Positions 1 through 9,300 of a DNA stretch of 21,703 nt are shown one piece after another (position 1 is the stretch's first letter; each line of letters begins with the position of its first letter). The translations under genes were made by a program, and so were the position numbers. The notes beneath the pieces are model-generated. The model was given only the letters and a program-made list of their open reading frames with translations. It did no database searches and was not told the DNA's origin. Origin of the DNA: Bdellovibrionota bacterium (GTDB lineage: Bacteria; Bdellovibrionota; UBA1018; UBA923); contig JBFMCE010000065.1 in the NCBI GenBank assembly GCA_040754655.1, forward strand, positions 1-21,703. Direction: 5' to 3'.

Positions 1-1
1 C

Positions 2-832
2 GGGCTTTTGAATTTTTACAAAACCCACCGGATAGGGAATTTAGAATGGTTCGAAGGCGGAAAAATGCATCGCGTGGTCTCACTCGGGGGCAAGGTTGGG
101 AAGATCGTAATTGCCAACGAAGCAAGAAATTCTCGACTGCTGGTTGAGATCGATTTTCCGGATACGGCGCTGATTCATCTCATTCTAAGACGAGTGCGAA
201 GCTTATTTGACCTTGATTCCGATCCGCTTGTCATCGCTAACGCGTTGGAATTTGATATCGAAGTCAGAGGTCTCTTGAGAAAAAATCCCGGTATTCGGCT
301 CCCGTCAGGGTGGGATGGCTTTGAGGTCGCAGTTTCTTCCATCCTAGGGCAGTTTGTGACAGTCGAGTTTGGCGGCTCCCTGGTCGCGGACTTGATCGAG
401 CTTCTTGGAAAAGACTCAGGGTTGAAGCATGGAGGCCGTTCGATTCGATTGTTCCCCACCGCGAAGCAGATCGCCGAATCCGATCTTCGGGGGCTTAAGA
501 CCACATCTGCTAGAAAAGAGACCCTCATCGCTTTTTCAAAAAAAGTGATGGAAGGCGAACTTTCGCTCGAACCCACGCAAGACGTGGATGAGTTCTTGAA
601 AAAAACCATGGCGATCAAAGGAATCGGGCCTTGGACCGCAAATTACATGGCTATGAGGGTGCTCCGCCACACGGATGCGTTTCCGCATACGGATTTGATT
701 CTTGCGCGGGCTCTGGATCGGCATCCTAAAGAGGTCGTTGCTCAAATGAGCCCCTGGAGAGCGTATGTCGCGACGCTGTTTTGGCGAGAGTATTCTGAAA
801 TCCTGAAGAAGAAGAAAGGAAAACGTTCGTGA
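2..832 (+). CDS. alkA: AlkA-family DNA-3-methyladenine glycosylase (5'-truncated by window edge; possibly the C-terminal part of an AdaA-AlkA fusion)
   Basis: Frame is open to the window edge. AlkA N-terminal-like segment, then 'RRVRSLFDLDSDP', 'PGIRLPSGWDGFEVAVSSILGQ', HhH motif 'IKGIGPWTANY', 'DAFPHTDL' and 'SPWRAY'. Stop overlaps the ogt start (GTGA). Confidence 0.9.
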   Translation, partial: GLLNFYKTHRIGNLEWFEGGKMHRVVSLGGKVGKIVIANEARNSRLLVEIDFPDTALIHLILRRVRSLFDLDSDPLVIANALEFDIEVRGLLRKNPGIRLPSGWDGFEVAVSSILGQFVTVEFGGSLVADLIELLGKDSGLKHGGRSIRLFPTAKQIAESDLRGLKTTSARKETLIAFSKKVMEGELSLEPTQDVDEFLKKTMAIKGIGPWTANYMAMRVLRHTDAFPHTDLILARALDRHPKEVVAQMSPWRAYVATLFWREYSEILKKKKGKRS

Positions 833-1365
833 AAAAAGCGCAATGGCTGATGGATTCAAAGGTTGGGCGTCTCTATTTGGTTGCTTCTGAGAAGGGGCTT
901 CTGGGCGTGTTTTGGAAAAAGCAACCAGAGCCGATGGCGCCCTCTCTCAAAGGGGCGAAACCAGAAATAAAGGTACTCTGGCAAGCGGTCAACGAGCTCG
1001 ATGAGTATTTGAATGGAAGACGGAAAAAGTTCGATGTGCCTCTTGATGTCGCGGGAACGCCGTTTCAAGAGCGGGTTTGGGATCAGCTGAGCAAGATTCC
1101 ATACGGAAAAACCTACTCTTATAAAGAGATCGCCAGCCAAATCAAAAACGAAAAGGCCGTTCGAGCTGTAGGCACCGCCAATGGGAAGAACCCCGTTTGC
1201 ATCATCGTTCCTTGTCATCGGGTGATCGCAGCCGATGGGTCTCTTGGCGGTTATTCCGGCGGAATTGAAATCAAAAGAAGGCTTCTTGAACTTGAAAAGG
1301 GCTTGCTGAGCGCCGAGCGGGTGGAAAGCAAAAAAGCGATTTTCACTTCACTTTCTCAATCCTGA
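829..1365 (+). CDS. ogt: Methylated-DNA--protein-cysteine S-methyltransferase
   Basis: 'GTPFQERVW...IPYGKTYSY...AVRAVGTANGKNP...PCHRVI...LGGYSGG..IKRRLLELE' with the PCHR active site. GTG start is coupled to the alkA stop. Confidence 0.95.
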   Translation: MKKAQWLMDSKVGRLYLVASEKGLLGVFWKKQPEPMAPSLKGAKPEIKVLWQAVNELDEYLNGRRKKFDVPLDVAGTPFQERVWDQLSKIPYGKTYSYKEIASQIKNEKAVRAVGTANGKNPVCIIVPCHRVIAADGSLGGYSGGIEIKRRLLELEKGLLSAERVESKKAIFTSLSQS

Positions 1366-2743
1366 ATTTGCGCCCTTTGATGCGGCCATTCGAAAGCCTC
1401 TCAAGCGCGGTTTTAGCAAGGCGCTTCGAAACAGCTACGTAAGAGAAGCGATCGTGGATTTCAATTTTACCTACGTCCGAGGCGTTTAAGCCTCCGGCCT
1501 CGCCAGTCAAAGCCCCCAAAATATCTCCAGGCCTCATCTTATCCTTGCGACCCCCTGAAATAAAGAGGGTCTCCATCGAGGCATCTTGCGGAAAGTCCCT
1601 TTGGTTTGCATCCATCTCAAGCTGCTTAGCAGCGGGCAAGTTCTTTTTTTCAAGCGGCGTGCGCGTGTACTCTTCGATCATCTGGCGCTTTGGTTTTTCA
1701 CGAGGAGTTGCGAGTGAGATGGCGAGACCGCTTTGACCAGCGCGTCCCGTCCGTCCGACTCGATGCACGTAAACCTCGGGTCGTGAAGGAAGATCGAAAT
1801 TGAATACGATGTCTAGATTTTCAATGTCGATGCCGCGCGCGGCTACGTCGGTCGCGATCAACACACGCGTGCTGCGATTGCGGAACTTCGCCATGACCCG
1901 GTCGCGTTCGCTTTGGTCAAGGTCGCCGTGAAGGCAGGCCGCGCTGATACGCGCATGCGCTAGTTCGCGCGCGAGTTCATTGACGGTGGTTTTGAGATTG
2001 CAAAACACGATTGCCGACTCTGGTTTCTGGTTTTGAAGAATCCACAAAAGAACCTTTAATTTGTTCTCTTGCTCGGTTTCGTAAAATACTTGAACTATAT
2101 CTGGAGCCGGGTCTTCATCTTCAATCGTGACGTGCACGGGGTCGCGTTGATAGGCATGGCTCATTTCTTCGATCGATTCCGGGTAGGTGGCTGAGAAAAA
2201 CGCGGTCTGCCGGGTTTCGGGAGCTGTCCGCAGAATTTCCTTCATATCTTCCTGAAAGCCCATGTCGAGCATGCGATCAGCCTCATCAAGCACGACAAAA
2301 GAGGTATCGCGAAGATCAAGCGTACGGCGTCCCAAGTGGTCGAGCACGCGACCTGGCGTTCCTACGACAATATGAACGCCTTTCTCAAGCGCCCCGATTT
2401 GCGGAAACAGAGGTTGTCCGCCTGAAAGAATGAGGACTTGAAGGCCCGGGTGACGACGCCCAAGCTTCCTCATCTCGCGAGCGACCTGGATGCACAATTC
2501 ACGGGTGGGGCAGAGTACAAGCGCTTGAAGTCTTTTACCTCGAAGTTCGATCTTTTGAAGAATAGGAAGCGTGAATGCCGCCGTCTTTCCGCTTCCGGTT
2601 TTGGACTGACCGACTAGATCTTTGCCGTCAAGAAGATGCGGGATGCTCTCGGCTTGGATGGGGGTGAGCTTCTCGAAGCCAAGCTCTTGGACGACCTGAA
2701 GCAATTCTTTTGAAAGCGACAGCGAGCTGAAGTTTGTGGTCAT
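1343..2743 (-). CDS. dbpA: ATP-dependent DEAD-box RNA helicase DbpA
   Basis: Q motif, GSGKT, PTREL, TPGR, DEAD, SAT, ARGID, HRVGRTGRAG, and the DbpA C-terminal RNA-binding domain 'GGRKDKMRPGDILGALTGEAG...VGKIEI...GRIKGRKF'. Confidence 0.96.
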   Translation of the reverse strand: MTTNFSSLSLSKELLQVVQELGFEKLTPIQAESIPHLLDGKDLVGQSKTGSGKTAAFTLPILQKIELRGKRLQALVLCPTRELCIQVAREMRKLGRRHPGLQVLILSGGQPLFPQIGALEKGVHIVVGTPGRVLDHLGRRTLDLRDTSFVVLDEADRMLDMGFQEDMKEILRTAPETRQTAFFSATYPESIEEMSHAYQRDPVHVTIEDEDPAPDIVQVFYETEQENKLKVLLWILQNQKPESAIVFCNLKTTVNELARELAHARISAACLHGDLDQSERDRVMAKFRNRSTRVLIATDVAARGIDIENLDIVFNFDLPSRPEVYVHRVGRTGRAGQSGLAISLATPREKPKRQMIEEYTRTPLEKKNLPAAKQLEMDANQRDFPQDASMETLFISGGRKDKMRPGDILGALTGEAGGLNASDVGKIEIHDRFSYVAVSKRLAKTALERLSNGRIKGRKFRIEKVK

Positions 2744-2893
2744 GAAACGTCTTCCTCAAGACTGTATAGCAGCTTTCCAGTCGAAATGCTTGATGAACCC
2801 GCTCCTCAACGGCCACTTTCCGCGTAATTGAACACGTATCTGTGGTATACGGCCATCTATGGTTAAACTAGTTCCGATTGGCGTGCCGCAAGT

Positions 2894-3169
2894 ATGACGA
2901 CCTCACGAGGCCCAAAAGAAAATCCCAAAGGCAGCTTTCGGATCATCCTCACCCTTCCGACGTCGATGCCTCGGCTTGATCAAGTCCTGCTGGAAGCGAT
3001 TCGCAAGCAGAAACAAAATCTGGAGCTGAAGAATATTTCGCGCACGCAATTCAAAACGCTCTTCAAAGAAAAACGCATTCGCATCAAGGGGCAAAATGCG
3101 ATCCCTTCGTCTGCCCTTGCGCAAGGCACGACCGAAATTGAGATCCTAGGGTTTGAAGACGAGCAATGA
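2894..3169 (+). CDS. Small basic protein with a stand-alone S4-like RNA-binding motif
   Basis: 'RLDQVL...ISRTQFKTLFKEKRIRIKGQNAIPSSALAQG' follows the S4 pattern RLDxxL...SRxxxxxLxxxxxVxxxG...ps..l..G. Divergent from dbpA. Confidence 0.65.
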   Translation: MTTSRGPKENPKGSFRIILTLPTSMPRLDQVLLEAIRKQKQNLELKNISRTQFKTLFKEKRIRIKGQNAIPSSALAQGTTEIEILGFEDEQ

Positions 3170-3386
3170 CTTCCTTGATTTTGGGCCTATGATGCCTCTG
3201 TTTGCGATGGAGTTTATGAATCTCACTTCAATTTCATGGTGGCTCAAAGCTTTTACGCCATCCTGTCGGGTCAACGAGAGGTTGAAAATCTAAAAATCAC
3301 GACCAACCTGGCCAAAGCTCGCGTTAATGAAACCAAGAAGCGCACCAGCATTGCATTGGTCGCTCTCGTAGGTCAGCTATCCCTCC

Positions 3387-6300
3387 TCACCAAGGATCTA
3401 GCGTCGGGTTTTGCCTGAAGAACCATTCCATTCCCTCACGATCAAGCACATCGGCGTCGAGGATATTTCCCTTTAAGTCTGTGAGAATGTATTTACGGTG
3501 TAATGGCCGGCTTACCATGTCGTCTGTGATTTCTATGTAGGCCCAACATGTTTTGCCGTTCATCCTGACCAAATAGCGCCTATAGGTCGCGGCTCCGGCG
3601 GCCGCCCCAATTTTAGCGTTCTTTACAATGATTTTGAGTTTAGCCGACAGTTCCGCGAGTTTCCTAATGTCTGGTTTCATGCCTCCACCATACACGCCGA
3701 ACATGTCACGCCATTTCCAGGCGTTTTTTGCGCCACTTAAATCTTGGGTTGTAACCGTCAAGTCTTCCCCAGCTATCGAAACGAGCAAGTTATCGGAAGA
3801 ATCTCCGCCTTTCTTTTCAGAAAGCAGAATAAGGTTGTTTGCCGCGCCAACGCCCATAATTCCAGAAATTGCAGCCGCCGCGGTAACTCCCCAGCTACCT
3901 GCTTGAGCGCCGGCCCTGCCGCCGCCACCAGCGGTCGCATAGGCAGGTTGTAGGCCTGGTCCGCCTGGACGAATATTTTTTAGCTGCCGGTGTAGGTCAG
4001 CTACTGATATAACGGCGATCGTCTTGGTCATGTCCTCCCATCCCGCAAAATAAGCGGGCACGAAATCAGGACTTGGTTCGACAATGTTCACGCCGATCAT
4101 TCCGGAAGAGAAAGCATCGACGGCGGCGCAAATCGAACCCGCCGTGTAGTTTACGCTATCAAAGGTATCCATCCGCGCTGTGTATTGGAGAATTTCATAT
4201 GTGCTCGAACCCCAGCCGGGTACGAGGGGAGCATGTCCTGAAGGATCATTGAACTTCACGGGGTTGTTCAAGACATAAGCATGACGGTTGTAGCCCTGAA
4301 GGTTAAAACCATCGCCTGGAATCTCAGTATCCGCCGTCAAGAACCGAGCGATGGAAGGATCGTAATACCTTGCCTTGAAGTAAATCAGCCCAATCTCTTG
4401 GTCGCTTTCTTGACCAGTGAACTGAGTCGTAACCGTGTCGTAGCCCAAGCTATGGTTGTAATCGATTTCGCCCCATGGCGTGTACAGATAGCGCGTGGCA
4501 GGAGCGCCTGTATTGTTGGTTACCACTGAAGTCGATTTCAAGTTGTCGCCATGCAAGAACCACTTGTTGCCGTACGGAGAACCGCGGTGGTTATTGCCCG
4601 TCATTGAGCTTGACGCTCCGGCCATCACTGTCGATGCGCTCGGCAGGCCCGTCAAGGTAGCTGTTACGTCTGCGTAAATACGCCCCACTCCCGGGGCATC
4701 GAAGTGATAAGTGCCATTCACTTCAGTATTGCCGTTTACGACCTGTTCTCTTCTTTCATAGTTCGGACCATAGTAATAAGTGGTGATCTGTCCACCGGTC
4801 GATGGATAATAGATCTTCTTCACTCTTTCGCCAGCGAAGTTGTAAACCACGTCAAGCACTCTCAAACCATTCCTGAAAACGGCGATCAGCTCGTTGTTTT
4901 CGCTATAATTATAGCTCCAAAGCGCGTTTGGCGTTGATTTCGATGTTACGTTACCCACGGCATTGTGATGGGTTCTCGAAACCTCCGTGGTAATGCCGCC
5001 TATTTGAGTCTCGCCAACCCAGTCCCAGCCTGAAGCCGGAGGGTTCGTCTCTCTTCGGAAACTGACATTGCCTTTTTTTGTCATGTTCCCGATAGAGTCA
5101 TAATCGTAAGGCACCGGCGTCGATTGCCAGGCCCTTGCCGAACTCTTCAACCGATTGACGGCGTCGTAGTCGAAGTCATGAGTCTCGTCCGTATTGATGC
5201 CGTTGACCACCTTCGCGCTGGAAGAGCGGCGATCGACGATGCGTTCAATATTTTTGATTTCATCGTATTCATACTGCAGGTCTTGAAGCACCGTATTCGC
5301 GCTGTTTTTAACGACGATCGTGTCAATCATATCGTCGTCAGGGCGGTAAGTGTAATCGGTCGTGGCCTGAATGATGGAATTGGTTTGGTGCGTCTTCTTT
5401 TTACCTGGTCTTCCTAGGGCATCAAAGTTCTCAAGCGTGAGTATATTCCCACCGGCAAGCGTGGCGTTGGTGAGGTTGCCTGCTTTAGAATATTTATAAC
5501 CGTAAATCAGTCCCCCTGGCAGGGTCTTTCGAATCAAACGGCGTTTGTAGTCGTAGGCGTAAGATTCTCCCAGTCTCTGCGTCGATCCGCCAATGGTCGT
5601 GTACTTATTGGTCACTTCGCCGGCTTGGTTGTATCGAAACTCGGTTTTCGCAGATTGCGTGCCATCGGTCGTTTCAACGACCTCGCCGAGCCTGCCAAGT
5701 GAATAACTTTCGTTTATTAAATCATAGTTGTAGACGGCCTGATAATTTCTCGAGAACGATGAATGAGTCTTTAGCTTGACGCGATCTAATTCGTCGTATT
5801 GATAGTTAGTGACTCTGCCTGTGCTGTCATCAAGATAGGTGGTCACATTGCCGATGTCATCATAAGTGTAAGCTCTGGTGCCGACATTAGTATCTATAGA
5901 GCCGACCAGCCTGCCCCAGCTGTCGAACTGCATGGTTGTCGTGCCTTTTCCATCTGGCAAGGTGATGAGGCGCAACCGGCTGGCATCATCATAGCCGTAA
6001 GAGATCGTCTTGCCCTGGGCGTCGGTCACGGATACAGCGGATCCAAATTCATCGAATAGGAACGAGGAGCTTTGTCCTTTTCCATTGGTGACGGTCACGC
6101 GGTTGGGTTGATACGTATAAGTTCTTAGGGTCTCTGAGATCGTGCTTCCGCTCATTCGGTAAACAGCGGTTGGTCTGCCGGATGTGTCGTAAGCTACTTT
6201 AATCGTCGGAACATTCAATGCCGCGCTTTGAAAGTGCGGTCTAGTGTAATACGCTTCGCGACTTGTTCCAGTATACTGATACCAGTTCTGCGTCACGATT

Positions 6301-9300
6301 GGATCACCTACGTTGTCACTTTCGGACTCTGTTCTATAGTTCATCCCGAAACCGTCCGTGTATTCACGAATTAAACGCGTGACAGGCGTAGAGCCGTTTA
6401 GTCCTACGGCCATCGTACGCTCTCGGCGTTGGGTAAAAGGATTGCCTTGATTCAAATAGGCGTACGTCTCAAATCCTCCATTGGGGAAATCGATTCGTGA
6501 CTCTCTCCCCATATGGTCATATTGAGTCGTTGTTTGAGCGCCATTTTGATCTGTGACGCGCCAAGTTCTGCCGGCAAAGTCATGGTCATAAGTCGTTGTG
6601 AGCTCACGAAGCCCCCCGGAATAACCTCCTTGGGTTACTCGCTTAGTGCTCGTTGCCAGGTAAGTCCTAAAATCGGTATCATAAGTGGTGCTGGTTACTC
6701 TGTCGAGCGCGTCGGTGACGTTGAGCTGATTGCCATAAAGGTCGAGCTGCCTGTTCTTCTCAGTGCGCACCCATCTTGTGTTGGGTGACGAGCAAACACC
6801 GGCGTTATCGCAAAAACAGTTGGTCGCATCTTTGCACAAGACCTTATCTACATGTTCGATATAACGGTTCTGCGGTTCGTAGATATACTTCTCCCAAGCA
6901 AGGATCAGGTTGTTTGAAGTATGCTTGAGCCTGGTGCCCGTCACTCTATGTAAGTTCCAGTTGGTCGCATCGTTCTCGTAAGAGGTGGTGGTCTCTATAC
7001 AATGTGTGCCGACGCAGGAGACGTCACTGATCACTCCGCCATAAGAATCATAATTGTAGTCAGACTGGTGGGTGGCAAGAAGTGTCGAGTTTTCGTAGGT
7101 TCTTTTCGTGGTTCCAGTTTTTCGGATAAACTTCACGCCTGGAATGGTTTGAATTTGATCGAAGTAAACCCAGTTCTTTTCCACCAGGTACTCGTCACCG
7201 TTATAAATCTCTTGCTCGGCAAGAAGCCCCTGAAAAGGCCGGTGCAGATAGTAGTTAGAGATATCAGAGGTGTTGGTCTGCTGGTCTACGGCAGTAAAAT
7301 ACTCAAAGCCGAGATCCGACCTCTCAAGCATCGGCCCATAATTGTATCGGCCGTTATCATAAGTGTATTCCGAGCCATGAGTCGTGCTGTGCCCGTTGAA
7401 GAGCGCCATGGTCTTGGTTAATAGCCTGTAGCTTGAATTAACCCCGCCGCAGTCTTCATTTTGCCTTAACTGCGCAGAACAACCGGCATTGCCAGGGGTG
7501 ATGGCTCCTAGCATTTTTGATGCGTGTTCATACGATACCGTCACGCTTCCACCGAGGCTGTTTAAAGAGCTGGTAATGACATCGGGTTTAGCGCTATTGG
7601 AATAAGCGATCTTTATCGGGTGGTAGTTCGTTGGGTTTGCGCCGTTGATCATGACTACTTCTGAGATGCCGTCACCATTGATGTCGCCAGTTTTCACTCC
7701 CACAAAATGGGAATAGAGATTGGTACCAAAGCAATAGACGCAATTAGACTCTGAAGGGGCGCTTCCGTCAGTGAGCGCCGTAAGCGGCCCAAGACCGGTT
7801 TCCGTACCTAAGGCATAGTGAAGGATCACTCCCGGAGAGGCATTGCCTCTGAATGCCGAGATCAAATCGGCTCTACCGTCGCCATTGATATCGGCCATCG
7901 TATGATTGAAGAGATTTGTTCCCTCAGGGCCGTCGACAGTGCCGGTGCTGCTATTGGTGTGTACGACAAAAATTGTGGTCGCGCCTTTGGTCGAGCCAAG
8001 CATGGTTTGAATCTTAGTGCCTGCATGGCCCCTATAAACAGAGACGACGTCTTCAGCGCCATCTCCATTGATATCAGCCATCAGGTTATTCCACGTCGCT
8101 GTACGAATTGATTGCGAGTGGGGTACAGACTCATTTGTGGCGGTTGCATTGAAGGGCACATTAGGATCCGCGATCACAGTATGGGTTTGGCCAAAGAGAT
8201 CGGAATTGGTCGTTCCAGGCGCCCCACCAAACATATTCATGACATTGGTGACATCAGGAACGAACATCGTGTTCGAGATTAAGCTTCCATTCCAGGCGGT
8301 GGCTACATGATAGCCGCGATGCATGACATACACGTCTGACTTTTGATCGCCATTCGTGTCGCCTACAACTAGCTGCACCGGGTGAAGGGCGTGGTTCAAC
8401 ATTCCGGTGTCTCGAAAGACGACGTTTGTAGAAAGTCCTTGGTCGGTTCCAGGAAGATAGTCGAAATTCAGCCGGCCATTGCTGCCACTGTTGTAACCAA
8501 CGGCTAAGTCAGCCCGGCCATCGCCATTGAAGTCGCCTACAAAAGCCCCCCTGATTTGACGGGTATAATTGGCAGCCAGGCCCATCGATGGCGCTTGCAC
8601 GAAAGAGCCGAAGTTCGTACCAAGCGACATTAGGTAATAGGTGAGGCGCAACTCAGAATGATAAAAAACAAGATCTGTTTTTTGATCGGCGTTGATGTCG
8701 GTCGGAAGCACTTGCCACATGGGTGTATTTGTATACCAGTTCCAGTTGGCTGTTAAGGCGGGCCCGTTTTGAAGTGAGCCTAAACCGTTCGAGTTGCCTA
8801 GGCAAAACTTCACGTTAAAACCGTTGTTTGCGGAGAAAACCAGGATCAGGTCTTTAATTCCGTCTGCATTGATATCACCCAAGTGAGAAGAGTAATACTG
8901 CATCGGCCCCATGTTATTGCCGTGCGTGGCCGGGTGAGTGACTACTGATCCGAGTTTGCCGTTCGTTCCCGAAAGGGCATACTGAATTTTTCGGCCGCCT
9001 AGGCCTTGGAACGCGCCGACTAAGTCATCCTTGCCGTCGCCGTTGATGTCGCCTAAATGATATCCGTCTATTCTGATCAAGTCGTCGAAATCGAGCCCGG
9101 AGTCTTCTAATGCGCCGATTGCACCGGAAGACGTATCCCAAGTAAATGTTTGCGCTGGCGGCGCGACGCTCTCCGAATCGTTTGATCCGATCGTTTGAAT
9201 CGAAGCCAGTTGAGTTTTTTGACTGACAGGGCTCTGAACATAGACAAACTTATAGCGACGGACCAGCAAACCCTTTGATTTAACCCTGATGTTCAAGAGA

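Noticed and set aside
3236..3418. 60-aa plus-strand ORF overlapping the rhs 3' end
   Set aside because: No RBS or known motif, and the orientation is wrong for a typical immunity gene. Cannot be supported without a homology search.
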